Assembly (NCBI GenBank): GCA_037142615.1
Contig: JBAXAI010000006.1
Span: forward strand, 1-64,000
Length of the DNA stretch: 64,000 nt
Reading direction: 5' to 3'
Source of the DNA: Spirochaetales bacterium
GTDB lineage: Bacteria; Spirochaetota; Spirochaetia; JABEVK01
Of this stretch, positions 1 through 10,182 are shown piece by piece (positions within the stretch are counted from its first letter, which is position 1; every line of letters starts with the position of its first letter). The notes below the pieces were generated by a model, which had not been told where the DNA came from, ran no database searches, and worked only from the letters and a program-made list of their open reading frames with translations. Made by a program: the position numbers and the translations under genes.

Positions 1-203
1 CCTACGTCATGCACGCCACCGAAACCGGCACGCCGAACCTCAACGTCACCCTACCCGCCGGCTGGAGTCTCGAGAAAGTCGATCTCGCGGAGCCCCTCGT
101 CATCACGCCTTCGCAGGGCGGGTACTACAACATCCTCGGCGACTGCCTCGGGCAGGGGTACCACCAGTACGTGTTCGCCGACGCGTTCTACCCGGCGCAG
201 TGA
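1..203 (+). CDS. 3' end of hypothetical protein (starts upstream of window)
   Basis: Open frame YVMHATETG...FYPAQ*; near-identical copy at 17467-17652 shows the frame extends upstream (GHLVIKTIRKPQVMRWDGPIYRLTDGQGNAY). Confidence 0.6.
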   Translation, partial: YVMHATETGTPNLNVTLPAGWSLEKVDLAEPLVITPSQGGYYNILGDCLGQGYHQYVFADAFYPAQ

Positions 204-212
204 ACGTGGCCG
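1..212 (+). repeat. Direct repeat copy 1 (partner 17467-17652)
   Basis: Manual alignment: 3 substitutions plus one 26-bp indel. Confidence 0.95.
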
Positions 213-841
213 ATTTCTTGACAATGGCCGCTTTCGTCTCCCTTTACGTGCTTTTCCTCTTTTGGTATGGGGGAAGGTCCAAGGCCCTCACCTCAGCCGA
301 GACGGAGGCGTTCCTTTCCGAGATGCGCCGCCACGCAGGGAAGGAAGACAAGCCCGGCGTTGAAGAACCCCTTTTGCTGCGCCAGTTCCGCGACCTCGCC
401 GCCTCCGACGATGGTCGCGACTTTTGGATGGTCAACCTTCTCAAGTTCCGCGAAAAAGCCTTGTATCCCGAGTCGATGGCCATGGCGATGGGCGACGATC
501 CGCTGGCCGCCAACGCGAGGTACAACAAGGCCATCATCCCCAGCCTGCTGAAACACGGGAACCACCCCGTCTTCGCGACCAGGGTCACGGGTCGCTTCAT
601 CCGCGACACCACGCCGAAGGACTGGAACCAGGTAGCCGCCGTGCGCTACCGGAGCCGCCGCGACATGCTGAGGATGGCCGTCGACCTTGCAGGGAAGGGC
701 ATTGACGTCCACAAATGGGCTGCCCTCGAGCGGACCGAGGTCTTCCCCGTCCAACCCTACCTGTCGCTTTTCTTCGCAAGGTTCTTGGCGGCCCTCGTCC
801 TCGCGGCCGTCTGCGCCGCTATGCTCTTCCTTCTTCCTTGA
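200..841 (+). CDS. DUF1330-like membrane-anchored protein
   Basis: MVNLLKFREKA, WNQVAAVRYRSRRDML, HKWAALERT motifs; N- and C-terminal TM helices; GTGA overlap with upstream stop. Confidence 0.65.
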   Translation: MNVADFLTMAAFVSLYVLFLFWYGGRSKALTSAETEAFLSEMRRHAGKEDKPGVEEPLLLRQFRDLAASDDGRDFWMVNLLKFREKALYPESMAMAMGDDPLAANARYNKAIIPSLLKHGNHPVFATRVTGRFIRDTTPKDWNQVAAVRYRSRRDMLRMAVDLAGKGIDVHKWAALERTEVFPVQPYLSLFFARFLAALVLAAVCAAMLFLLP

Positions 842-1353
842 TGTCGTCCGCTTGGCCAGGCGCAGAACCCATTCCCCTCGACGAGTACCCCCGCCGCTTC
901 GTGAACCAGATCGCGGGCTGGGCCAAGATGCGCGACGACGTGCTGGGCAACCACGCCCTGACCCACGAACGCACCCACGAGTACGGCTCGTACATCATCG
1001 AGGCCATGGAGACCGACGTGCCCTACCGCATCGGCGGCAACGTGCTCAACAACGGGCTGATCACCAACCTGCCGTCCGAAGCGGTCGTGGAAGTGCCCTG
1101 CCTGGTGGACCGCAACGGCGTTCAACCCACCTTTGTGGGCAAACTGCCCGAGCAACTGGCGGCGCTCAACCGCACCAACATCAACCCGCAGATCCTCACG
1201 GTGGAAGCCGCCTTCAGCCGCAAAAAGGACGACATCTACCACGCCGCCTACCTCGACCCGCACACGGCGGCCGAGCTGAGCCTCGACGACATCCGCGCGC
1301 TGTGCGACGACCCGCCCGCGGCCCACGGGACAATGACGCCGACCTTCCGCTAA
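841..1353 (+). pseudogene. C-terminal remnant of GH4 alpha-galactosidase/glucosidase
   Basis: IPLDEYPRR, HEYGSYIIEAMET, GNVLNNGLITNLP-EAVVEVPCLVD, LDPHTAAELSLDDI; the NAD-binding N-terminal ~270 aa is absent. Confidence 0.85.
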
Positions 1354-1471
1354 GCCCAGCTCGGCGTGTGCCTGGGTAACCGCACCCAAAGCAGCGCCGA
1401 AACGTCCAAAAGGCAGGTGGTGAATCATACAGGAAGAATATCACGGGTGGGTCGAGCAGAGTGAGTTGCCG

Positions 1472-1505
1472 TTGACATCTTCTAGTCTGTACAATATCTT
1501 GTACA
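1472..1505 (+). promoter_or_regulatory. yefM-yoeB promoter/operator
   Basis: TTGACA(1472)-N17-TATCTT(1495); two TGTACA palindromes at 1488 and 1500, 12 bp apart as in characterised yefM-yoeB operators. Confidence 0.85.
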
Positions 1506-1518
1506 AAAGGGGTCCCTC

Positions 1519-1776
1519 ATGGACGCTGTTTCCTATTCCGATCTCCGGCAGAATCTCAAGACCTACTTGGATCGGGTTTACAACGATCACGATCCCCTCA
1601 TTGTTACCCGAAAAAACAGCGAGAACCTCGTGATCCTCTCCGTGGCGGAGTACAACAGCCTGCTTGAGACCGCCTATCTTCTCAGCAGCAAGGCCAATTC
1701 CGACCACCTCAAGCGTTCCGTCGACCAGTGGAAGTCAGGGAGAACACTTGCCCGGGAACTCCTGAAGGATGACTAA
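1519..1776 (+). CDS. yefM: YefM/Phd antitoxin
   Basis: VSYSDLRQNLKTYLDRVYNDHDPLIVTRKN...EYNSLLETAYLLSSKAN. Confidence 0.95.
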   Translation: MDAVSYSDLRQNLKTYLDRVYNDHDPLIVTRKNSENLVILSVAEYNSLLETAYLLSSKANSDHLKRSVDQWKSGRTLARELLKDD

Positions 1777-2029
1777 GCAATTCACCGACGAGGCTTGGAA
1801 GGACTATCTTTTCTGGTTTGAGACCGACAAAAAGCAACTGAAAAAGATCCATGAGCTGATCAAGGACATCGAGCGGACTCCCTTCGAGGGAATTGGCAAG
1901 CCGGAAGCGCTCAAGTTCAACCTCAAGGGTTTCTGGTCCCGCCGAATCGACCATGAACACCGCCTTGTCTACCGGGTCGACTCAGAAGTCCTCAGTTTGA
2001 TCTCTCTTCGCTTCCATTACGACCGGTAG
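1769..2029 (+). CDS. yoeB: YoeB/Txe toxin
   Basis: AWKDYLFW...PFEGIGKPEALK...WSRRIDHEHRLVY...RFHY; overlaps antitoxin. Confidence 0.95.
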   Translation: MTKQFTDEAWKDYLFWFETDKKQLKKIHELIKDIERTPFEGIGKPEALKFNLKGFWSRRIDHEHRLVYRVDSEVLSLISLRFHYDR

Positions 2030-3330
2030 CCCAGCTTCCGGAGGCCACCCAGCCAGTACAGCGGCAGGTTCAGCAGTCCGTCCTGCTCTTTGGCATTCCG
2101 CATCGACAGGCGCACCGCCAATTCGGGCTGGTAGCGCTCTCGGTAAAGGGCCAGGCTGCGCGAACGGACGTTGGTGGAGGACTTCACCTCGATGGGCACG
2201 ATGCGGTTGCCCAGTGCCAAAAGGAAGTCCACTTCGGCGGTGTTGCCCGACTGCCAGTAATAGGGCACCTCACCGAAGGTGGTCACCAACTGGTTGAGCA
2301 CGTAATTCTCGGTCAAGGCACCTTTGAACTCGGCGTAGAGGGGCGCTTCGCCCAGAATGGCCGCTGCCGGGACCTTTGCCAGCCGTCGTAGCAAACCGCA
2401 ATCCGACAGGTAGAGCTTGAAGAACTGGGATTCGCTGTAAGCTGAGAGTGGGATGCCAGGTTTTTCAATCCGGCAAACCCGGAAGGCCATTCCGGCACTG
2501 AGAAGCCACTGCAGAGCGTCCTCCAGGTCCTTGGCGCGCGCACCCGGTTTGGCGTGGCCGAAGAAGAACTTTCCCGGGGCTCTGGCCAGCTGGTCAGGGA
2601 TGCTTTTCCAGATCAACGAGAGTTTGGGGAAATCGGCAGCCGGGGCATGCTTGGCGAAATCCAACTCATAGGCTCCCAGAATTTGGTCCTGAATCCGCTC
2701 CACCTCTTCCAGGTCGTGGTTTTCCACCCAGCGGGTGACGACTTCCGGCATGCCGCCGGTCAGATAGTAGTTCTTGAGCAACCCCTCCAATTGGCCGGCA
2801 AACAATTCCGGAAGAGGACTGCCCAGTGGCTGACCTTCCAGATACTCCAGCAGTGGGCCCTGTCCCTGCGCCAACAGGAACTCTTCAAAACTGAGCGGGT
2901 AAAGGGTCAGGAACTCCACCTTGCCGACGGGGAAAGACTGGGGCTGGGCCAGACTGATTCCCAGAAGCGAACCAGCACAAGCGATGGCGTAGTCCGGTGT
3001 TTGCTCGTAGAAGTACTTCAGCGCGGTCAACGCCCGGGGGCAGAACTGGATCTCGTCGAGAATGATGAGTGTCGTTTGGGGCAGCAACTTGCGGCCGTTG
3101 TACACGCCAAGTTCTGTCAGGATCCTCTGGGGCTTCAAGTCGCCAGCGAAGCACTCAGAAAGATCCACAGCGCTCTCGAAGTTGAAGTAGGCAACGTCGG
3201 AGAAGTTTTTCCGTCCCCAGTCCTTGAGCAGCCACGTCTTGCCACACTGACGTACACCACGCACGATCAAGGGCTTGCGGTCGGTCCGGGATTTCCAGCG
3301 ATCGAGGTCGGAAACGATGGAACGTTGCAT
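2017..3330 (-). CDS. AAA_14 ATPase with C-terminal DUF4143 (PD-(D/E)XK-like)
   Basis: Walker A GVRQCGKT, Walker B ILDEIQ, GGMPE, KLYLSDCGLL, EVDFL...PIEVKS. Confidence 0.9.
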   Translation of the reverse strand: MQRSIVSDLDRWKSRTDRKPLIVRGVRQCGKTWLLKDWGRKNFSDVAYFNFESAVDLSECFAGDLKPQRILTELGVYNGRKLLPQTTLIILDEIQFCPRALTALKYFYEQTPDYAIACAGSLLGISLAQPQSFPVGKVEFLTLYPLSFEEFLLAQGQGPLLEYLEGQPLGSPLPELFAGQLEGLLKNYYLTGGMPEVVTRWVENHDLEEVERIQDQILGAYELDFAKHAPAADFPKLSLIWKSIPDQLARAPGKFFFGHAKPGARAKDLEDALQWLLSAGMAFRVCRIEKPGIPLSAYSESQFFKLYLSDCGLLRRLAKVPAAAILGEAPLYAEFKGALTENYVLNQLVTTFGEVPYYWQSGNTAEVDFLLALGNRIVPIEVKSSTNVRSRSLALYRERYQPELAVRLSMRNAKEQDGLLNLPLYWLGGLRKLGYRS

Positions 3331-3359
3331 TCCGAGTGTCCTTTGGCAAATAAACTAGA

Positions 3360-3385
3360 ATAAATGCGTCAATGATTGCATTTAT
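3360..3385. promoter_or_regulatory. Inverted repeat upstream of the AAA ATPase
   Basis: ATAAATGC-N10-GCATTTAT in an AT-rich intergenic stretch. Confidence 0.45.
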
Positions 3386-3427
3386 CATAGTTAATCGTAA
3401 ACCAATAGACCCAACCTGTCAAACCCT

Positions 3428-4195
3428 TCACCCCCGACGCAACTCCCGCGGAGCCTTGCCCGTGTGGCGGCGAACCAGCTTGTTGAAGTGCTGCAGGTCG
3501 GGCAGGCCTACCAGCGCGGCAATCTGGGCGGCCGGGGTGTGGGTGTGGGCCAGCAGATGCGCCGCCCGGTCGAGCCGCAGCCGCCGGATGTGAGCCGCCA
3601 GGGGCAAACCGAAAGCCGAGCGGCATAAACGGTTCAAGTGCGTCACCGAGCATTCCACCTGAAGGGCAATCACCTCGGGGTAGAGTGGTTGGGAAATATG
3701 AACTTCCAGGTATTCCATGAGCCGCCGGATCACTGGATGGTGCTGCGGACCGTCACCCCCCGCCGGACCAGCAGTCAGTTGCCACAACAGGTGCCACAGG
3801 GTGGCCTGCGCCCGCTCCGGTTGCGCGGTGGCCAGTGCACGGCACTCCAGAATCGTCGCCTGTGCTTCGGCGAACCGCTCGCCCAGGTCTTGCACCACAG
3901 GAAACGGAGCCGCCGGGCCACCGGCTTCCAAACGGAAATGAGCGTAGGTTTTGGTGGTGGGCTTGTCAAAATGGTACACATGGTCGACGTCGGGCGGCGC
4001 CAGAACCGCACAGCCATCGTGGAAGCGGTGGCTCTTTCCGCCCCATTCCAAGGACCCGGAGCCTCCCGACGAGAGATTCAGCACCCAGAAGCCATTGCGG
4101 TAGGGTTCTGAACCCCGAAGGCCGTGAACCGACTGGCCAAAAGTGCCGAACGAGTGGACCAGCTGGGGCGGGTTGCCGAGGGGCAGGAGGTGCAT
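3428..4195 (-). CDS. AraC family transcriptional regulator
   Basis: Cupin-like N-terminus; C-terminal HLNRL...RLDRAAHLL...IAALVGLPDLQHFNKLVRRHTGKAP; start uncertain (4195 or 4231). Confidence 0.9.
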   Translation of the reverse strand: MHLLPLGNPPQLVHSFGTFGQSVHGLRGSEPYRNGFWVLNLSSGGSGSLEWGGKSHRFHDGCAVLAPPDVDHVYHFDKPTTKTYAHFRLEAGGPAAPFPVVQDLGERFAEAQATILECRALATAQPERAQATLWHLLWQLTAGPAGGDGPQHHPVIRRLMEYLEVHISQPLYPEVIALQVECSVTHLNRLCRSAFGLPLAAHIRRLRLDRAAHLLAHTHTPAAQIAALVGLPDLQHFNKLVRRHTGKAPRELRRG

Positions 4196-4334
4196 GGAAC
4201 AAGTTGTCAACAGAAAACGACGCCATGTCAATAAAACACGATAGACGGTACCCAGTGCTGGGACTACCGTAACTCAGGCGTCGATGTGGGCCCGCATTGG
4301 CCGCCCAGAAATCAACGAATGAAGAGGAGTGATC

Positions 4335-5927
4335 ATGAAGAAGTTCCTTGCCCTAGGCTTGGGTCTGGTAGCTCTCGCCGGACTGAACGCCCAAACCAAG
4401 TACGATCCGCCGATTACCATAACTACCGTGAAAGATCTGCCTGACGGGGTCATCTTTGTCGACGGTGACGATATCAATAACAATACTTGGACACGCTATT
4501 ACGAAAGCAAACTTGGCATCAAGGGCAAGGTATTGTGGGCGGTTCCCTCGGCCCAGTTTGCTCAGAAAATGAATCTGGCCATTGCGGCCAACGACCTTCC
4601 CGATATCATTCCTGCGACGTTGGCCCAGTTCAAACAGTTGGTGGACAACGGGGTTGCCGCCGACCTGACGAAAATCTACAAGGATAACGTTTCGCCCCTG
4701 GCCAAACAGATGTTTGACCTCGACAAGGGGGTCGCGTTGGGCCAGGCCACTGTCGGCGGCAAGTTGCTCGGAATCCCCCAGCTCACTGGCAATACCGATG
4801 CTCCTCAGATGCTCTGGATTCGGGCCGACTGGCTGAAGAAACTGGGACTGGCGCCGCCCAAGACCATGGATGACATGGTGAAGATCGCCACGGCGTTCAA
4901 GACCAAGGATCCCGATGGAAACGGCAAGGCCGACACCTTTGGACTCGCGCTTCAGAAGGACCTTTTTGGTGGAATCAGCGACATCGAGGGCCTGCTAAAC
5001 GGCTACCACGCCTACGCCGGTGACAACGATTGGATCAAAGCTTCCAATGGACAAATTGTGTATGGAGCGATTCAGCCTGAGGTGAAGACCGCTCTGGGTC
5101 GATTGGCCCAGATGTACAAAGACGGTCTGATTGACCCCGAATTCATCGTCAAGGATGCCAGCAAGGCCAACGAATCCATGGTCAACGGCAAGATCGGCAT
5201 GGTCTACGGTCAGCATTTCCTCCCGTTCTGGCCGTTACAAGACGCCAAGAATGCCGACCCTAGTTCCGACTGGAAGCCCTATCCCCTGGTATCGGCCGAC
5301 GGCAAACCTGCCCAACCCATAACCGGTGGGTCGGCCGGTACCATCTATGTGGTCAACAAGAAGAGTAAGAATCCTGAAGCGGCGGTCAAGTTGCTCAACG
5401 CCTACTTCGCCAAGGACCTTCCTCTGAGTGCGGAGTTTGATGACTCCTTCCACAAGATCGATGCCACCAAGGACCGTGCCCAGGTGCCTGTGTACCAGTA
5501 TGCCTTCCTTCAAGGATGGCATCCGCAGCAGAATCTGTACATCCACCAAGGCGTACGTGACTTGTTGAATGGAAAGCTTGACAAGAGCAAGGCCAACTTC
5601 TGGATTACCGATAATGCAAGCCAGGTCGAAGCCGCCCTCAAGGGTGAAACCGCCCGCTGGAGCTCTCTCATGTGGTCGGGCCCTGAAGGTGCCTTCTCAG
5701 TGGTGGATAAGTATTGGGCCGGTAACCAGGTGAAAGTGAGTGCCTATATTGGGGCTTCGACCGAAACCATGGTGGCAAAAATGTCCACCCTCAACAAGAT
5801 GAAGCTGGAGGCCTTCACAAAGATCATTCTTGGTCAGCCCCTTTCTGAGTTCGACAAGTTTGTCGACAACTGGAAAAAACTCGGGGGAGATCAGATCACC
5901 AAGGAAGTGAACGCAGCCTCGAAGTAA
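4335..5927 (+). CDS. Carbohydrate ABC transporter substrate-binding protein (LplA-like)
   Basis: Signal peptide; KMNLAIAANDLPDI, WIRADWLKKLGL-PPKT, DPDGNGKADT, FVDNWKKLGGDQITKEVN; RBS GAGGAG. Confidence 0.92.
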   Translation: MKKFLALGLGLVALAGLNAQTKYDPPITITTVKDLPDGVIFVDGDDINNNTWTRYYESKLGIKGKVLWAVPSAQFAQKMNLAIAANDLPDIIPATLAQFKQLVDNGVAADLTKIYKDNVSPLAKQMFDLDKGVALGQATVGGKLLGIPQLTGNTDAPQMLWIRADWLKKLGLAPPKTMDDMVKIATAFKTKDPDGNGKADTFGLALQKDLFGGISDIEGLLNGYHAYAGDNDWIKASNGQIVYGAIQPEVKTALGRLAQMYKDGLIDPEFIVKDASKANESMVNGKIGMVYGQHFLPFWPLQDAKNADPSSDWKPYPLVSADGKPAQPITGGSAGTIYVVNKKSKNPEAAVKLLNAYFAKDLPLSAEFDDSFHKIDATKDRAQVPVYQYAFLQGWHPQQNLYIHQGVRDLLNGKLDKSKANFWITDNASQVEAALKGETARWSSLMWSGPEGAFSVVDKYWAGNQVKVSAYIGASTETMVAKMSTLNKMKLEAFTKIILGQPLSEFDKFVDNWKKLGGDQITKEVNAASK

Positions 5928-5952
5928 CTCCATCCATCGTCAAGGAAATGCC

Positions 5953-6849
5953 ATGAAAGCCATCACAAAAGCCCAACTACCTTATCACCTGCTGCTTCTA
6001 CCTGGAGTCTTGCTGCTACTGATCTTTTCCTACGGCCCCATGGTGGGCATTGTGATGGCCTTTCAGAAATTCAATCCGGCCTTGGGTTTCTTCGGTTCCA
6101 AGTGGGTGGGCTGGGACAATTTCATGTATGTCGCCTTGTTGCCTGACACCTTGCAGGTGTTGTGGAACACTGTCTTCATCGCCTTCTGGAAGATCGTTCT
6201 GGGCTTCAGCTTTCCCATCGTTGTAGCCCTTTTGATGAATGAACTGCGAGCCATGGCCTTCAAGCGGACCGTTCAAACCATTGTGTATCTGCCACATTTT
6301 CTTTCCTGGGTCATTTTGGGTGGCATCATGATCGACATCCTGTCCCCTTCCACTGGCATCGTGAACCTTGCCCTCAAGGCGTTTGGCTTTGAGCCGGTGT
6401 TTTTTCTAGCTCTTCCGGAAGCGTTCCCTTGGACGCTGATCGTTTCTGAGGTCTGGAAGGAATTCGGATTCACAACGGTCATTTATCTCGCTGCGCTGAC
6501 AAGCGTTGATCCTGCTCTGTATGAGGCTGCCAAAATCGACGGGGCAGGCCGCTGGCGGTGCATGAAAGACGTCACCCTGCCGGGAATGATGCCAACCATT
6601 GTTCTGATGGCCGTTCTCAGCTTGGGGAACGTGCTGAATGCCGGTTTTGAGCAGGTTTTTAACCTCTACAGCCCCGTGGTCTATGGAACCGGCGACATTC
6701 TCGACACCTTTGTCTACCGTCTTGGCTTGCTCGATGCGCAGTACGGAGTGGCCGCAGTGGTCGGGTTGTTCAAATCGGTGGTGTCTTTCCTGTTCATCAT
6801 CGTCTCGTACCGTTTGGCCTACAAATTGGCTGATTACTCGGTTTTTTGA
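5953..6849 (+). CDS. Carbohydrate ABC permease (LplB-like)
   Basis: YLPHFLSWV, EAA loop LYEAAKIDGAGRW. Confidence 0.95.
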   Translation: MKAITKAQLPYHLLLLPGVLLLLIFSYGPMVGIVMAFQKFNPALGFFGSKWVGWDNFMYVALLPDTLQVLWNTVFIAFWKIVLGFSFPIVVALLMNELRAMAFKRTVQTIVYLPHFLSWVILGGIMIDILSPSTGIVNLALKAFGFEPVFFLALPEAFPWTLIVSEVWKEFGFTTVIYLAALTSVDPALYEAAKIDGAGRWRCMKDVTLPGMMPTIVLMAVLSLGNVLNAGFEQVFNLYSPVVYGTGDILDTFVYRLGLLDAQYGVAAVVGLFKSVVSFLFIIVSYRLAYKLADYSVF

Positions 6850-6860
6850 AGGATGCGTCC

Positions 6861-7769
6861 ATGAGTAACAAAGCCATTCGAATCAAGGTATCCCTGGGAG
6901 ACGGAATCTTCCATTGGATCAACGGCTCCTTTTTTCTCCTGTTGGCCCTGCTTTGCCTTCTGCCCATGATCAATGTTTTGGCCGTTTCTTTCAGCTCCAG
7001 TACGGCTGCCAGTGCTGGAATCGTGACACTGTGGCCTGTGGATTTCACGTTGAAGTCGTATCAATTTGCCTTGGGTAAACCCGAGTTCATTCAGAGCTTC
7101 GTCGTCTCCATTCAGCGCCTGATTCTTGGTGTCGCGGTGAACATGCTGTTGACCATCACCTGCGCCTACCCGCTGTCCAAGGATAAAAAAACCTTTCGCT
7201 GGCGGGGGCCATACCTGTGGTTCTTTTTCGTCACGATGGTGTTCTCCGGTGGCCTGATCCCCTGGTACATGACCATTCAGACCCTAGGTTTGGGAAATAG
7301 CCTCTGGGCGTTGATCCTTCCCGGTGCCGTCCCGGTCTTCAATGTCATTCTCCTGCTCAATTTCTACCGGGGGGTTCCTAAGGAACTGGAAGAATCGGCG
7401 CACATGGACGGTGCCACGATCTGGCAGGTCTTGTGGAAGATCATTGTTCCCCTCTCCAAACCTGCCTTGGCGACCATAGCCCTGTTCAGTGCTGTGGGGC
7501 ATTGGAATTCCTGGTTCGACGGTTTGGTACTGATGAACGACCCCAACAACTATCCGCTTCAGACTTACCTTCAGACCGTCGTGGTCAGCCGCGACATGAC
7601 ATTATTCCAACACGCCACGAAGGAGCAGCTGGAAATGCTCCAATCTATCTCTGACCGAACAACGAAAGCTGCACAGATTTTTATAGCCACCCTGCCCATT
7701 TTGGCCGCGTACCCCTTCCTACAACGGTACTTTGTGAAGGGGCTGACCTTGGGCGCGGTGAAAGGATGA
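6861..7769 (+). CDS. Carbohydrate ABC permease (LplC-like)
   Basis: FSGGLIPWY, ELEESAHMDGA, YPFLQRYFVKGLTLGAVKG. Confidence 0.95.
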   Translation: MSNKAIRIKVSLGDGIFHWINGSFFLLLALLCLLPMINVLAVSFSSSTAASAGIVTLWPVDFTLKSYQFALGKPEFIQSFVVSIQRLILGVAVNMLLTITCAYPLSKDKKTFRWRGPYLWFFFVTMVFSGGLIPWYMTIQTLGLGNSLWALILPGAVPVFNVILLLNFYRGVPKELEESAHMDGATIWQVLWKIIVPLSKPALATIALFSAVGHWNSWFDGLVLMNDPNNYPLQTYLQTVVVSRDMTLFQHATKEQLEMLQSISDRTTKAAQIFIATLPILAAYPFLQRYFVKGLTLGAVKG

Positions 7770-8908
7770 TTCCTATGAACCAAACGAAACCGCAAATCGG
7801 GGTATACTACTTTCCCAACTACCACGTTGATCCTCGCAATGAAGCTTGGCACGGCCAAGGCTGGACCGAGTGGGAACTCGTCAAAGCTGCGACTCCGCGC
7901 TTTACCGGCCATAGGCAACCAAAGGTTCCCCTTTGGGGCTATCTGGATGAATCCAAACCCGAGACGGCGGCAAAACAGATCAATGCCGCCGCTGACCACG
8001 GCATCGATGCTTTCATCTATGACTGGTATTTTTACGAGAACGGCCCCTTTCTGAACCGGGCCCTGGAAGAAGGCTTTCTGAAGGCGCCGAACACCGAAAG
8101 GCTCAAGTTCAGCCTCATGTGGGCCAACCACGACTGGATTAACATCTTTCCGTTCAAGCGCAGTATGAACCACACCACGCTTCAAAGCGGGCTGGTGACC
8201 GAAGCAACGTTCGAGAAAGCAACGGACTACATGATCGCCCACTATTTCGATCAACCCAACTACTGGCGGGTTCAAGGCGGGTTGTACTTCTCGTTCTACG
8301 AATTAATGGGCATCATTCAGGGGTTAGGCGGACGAAAAGAAACCCGACGGATCCTCGACAACTTCCGGGCAAAAGTTCGTAAGGCTGGTTTAGGCGAGCT
8401 ACACCTCAACGCCGTTGTCTGGGGCATTCAAAACCTTCCGGGAGAAAAGAAGCTGGAAAACCCCGACGAAATGGTCAAAGAGCTCGGTTTCGACAGTGTC
8501 ACATCCTACGTCTGGGTTCACAACGTTCCGATGGAAGCGTATCCATCGGTCGAGTATTCCAGCTATGCCCAAAGCGCCATTCAGGATTGGTCGAAATTCC
8601 GGGGCCAGTTCTCGGTACCCTATTTCCCCAATGTTTCGATGGGGTGGGATTCCAGCCCCAGGACTGTGCAATCCGATGTCCATGGCAACCTGGGTTATCC
8701 GTTCACCCCGATGCTGGTTGGGAACACCCCCAACGAGTTTCAAAAAGCTCTGGCAGCGGCGAAGGAGCACGTGTCTGATTCCAAGACCCCGGTGCCAGTC
8801 CTCACCATCAACTCGTGGAACGAGTGGACCGAAGGCAGCTACATCGAACCGGACACGGAATTTGGTCTGGCCTACCTGGAAGCCATCAAGACGGTGTTTG
8901 GTCAGTAA
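7766..8908 (+). CDS. GH99-like / WbsX-family glycoside hydrolase
   Basis: YYFPNYH...WTEWELVK...HRQPKVPLWGY, MWANHDW, GWDSSPR, INSWNEWTEGSYIEPD. Confidence 0.85.
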   Translation: MIPMNQTKPQIGVYYFPNYHVDPRNEAWHGQGWTEWELVKAATPRFTGHRQPKVPLWGYLDESKPETAAKQINAAADHGIDAFIYDWYFYENGPFLNRALEEGFLKAPNTERLKFSLMWANHDWINIFPFKRSMNHTTLQSGLVTEATFEKATDYMIAHYFDQPNYWRVQGGLYFSFYELMGIIQGLGGRKETRRILDNFRAKVRKAGLGELHLNAVVWGIQNLPGEKKLENPDEMVKELGFDSVTSYVWVHNVPMEAYPSVEYSSYAQSAIQDWSKFRGQFSVPYFPNVSMGWDSSPRTVQSDVHGNLGYPFTPMLVGNTPNEFQKALAAAKEHVSDSKTPVPVLTINSWNEWTEGSYIEPDTEFGLAYLEAIKTVFGQ

Positions 8909-10181
8909 GTACCAGCGTGCCCCGGTAAGCCTGTGGTGTCATGCCTGACCGCTTTTTGAAAAAACGGATGAAGTGCGAAGGTGTCCAGAATCCCACGTTC
9001 CGAGCCACGTCGGCGATCTTCAGATCCTCTGTGGTCAACAGTCGAAGCGCCCGTTCGTAACGCAGGTCGGCAATGCGTTCCGACAGGTTGCGGCCGGTTT
9101 CCTGCACATACAGCCGGGAGAGGTAGGCTGGATTGAGTCCGACAACCCCGGCCAGGGTGCTCAGAGAAACGTCCTGGGCCAAGTGTTCGGCAATGTGCAG
9201 ATCGACCCGGTGGATCAATTGGGAAGAACGTGTTCCGACATTTGTTGTGGCGACCGTTTTGCACTCGCCGCCAATGGCTAGACCTCCTAGCCCAGCGTAT
9301 TCGGCCAAGGCGGCGCGAAGGCGTTTGATCTCGGTCGCCAGACCCGCAAAGGAGACCGGCTGCGCGGCGAGGGCAAAAGAGAACAAGGAGTATCCCTCCC
9401 CGAAAAGATGCTCCTGGACCGTTTCCAAGACGCCCCGAATTCGGTTGGCGAGTGTGATGTCGGGCGCCAGTGTCTGGATCAGCAAGACGGCGAAATCATC
9501 TCCGGTTCTAGCACCGATCATTCGCACACGTCCCTCCAGGGAATCCTCCACCAAGCGAATCGGAAGTTCCAGATATCCTGCCTCATCCGGGGAAGCGGAA
9601 GGCAGATCCGAGCGCAAGACTGACACCAGAAATTCACCTTCTTTCCTTGGCAGGAGACTATCTGGACCCAAGGCTTCGAGAGCCCCGGCGGCGCTGGTCA
9701 AGTCCCCCGAAACGATTTGCGCAATCAGTGTTTGGCCGATTACCGCCCGGGCACGGTTCAAGAGAACTTCCTCTTGCAACCTCTGCCGCTGTTCAGCGCG
9801 CTCCGCCTCTAATCCGGTACAGGTCTGGTAGATGGCAGCCAGAACCTGGTCGTCTCCCTCGGTTTTCAGAATGTAGTCGGTACCGTGGTTGCGAAAGGCC
9901 TGGCGGATCAAAGCGAAATCACCATGCCCGGTCAAAAAGATCACCCGGCACGCCGGAAATTCCTCCCGCAGACAGGTTTGCAGGCTCATTCCGTCCATTT
10001 CGGGCATTCGGATATCGGACACCACAATGTCAAAGGTGCGCCGTCGGCACCGATCAAGGGCTTCCCTGGCAGAGAAGGCCGCTTCAAGCTCGAACAGCTC
10101 CGCATCCAGCTCCTCGGATAAGCTGACCCGCAATCCCTCGGCAACATAAGGCTCATCGTCCACGATCAAGATCCGGTACAT
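8886..10181 (-). CDS. Response regulator with AraC output domain (YesN-like)
   Basis: RILIVDDE, SDIRMPEMDG, FLTGHGDF, YILK; C-terminal AraC HTH. Confidence 0.92.
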   Translation of the reverse strand: MYRILIVDDEPYVAEGLRVSLSEELDAELFELEAAFSAREALDRCRRRTFDIVVSDIRMPEMDGMSLQTCLREEFPACRVIFLTGHGDFALIRQAFRNHGTDYILKTEGDDQVLAAIYQTCTGLEAERAEQRQRLQEEVLLNRARAVIGQTLIAQIVSGDLTSAAGALEALGPDSLLPRKEGEFLVSVLRSDLPSASPDEAGYLELPIRLVEDSLEGRVRMIGARTGDDFAVLLIQTLAPDITLANRIRGVLETVQEHLFGEGYSLFSFALAAQPVSFAGLATEIKRLRAALAEYAGLGGLAIGGECKTVATTNVGTRSSQLIHRVDLHIAEHLAQDVSLSTLAGVVGLNPAYLSRLYVQETGRNLSERIADLRYERALRLLTTEDLKIADVARNVGFWTPSHFIRFFKKRSGMTPQAYRGTLVLTDQTPS

Positions 10182-10182
10182 G

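Noticed and set aside
1354-1470. Possible ncRNA or terminator after the GH4 remnant
   Set aside because: Only a weak GCCCAG/CTGGGT stem, no U-tract or known RNA motif
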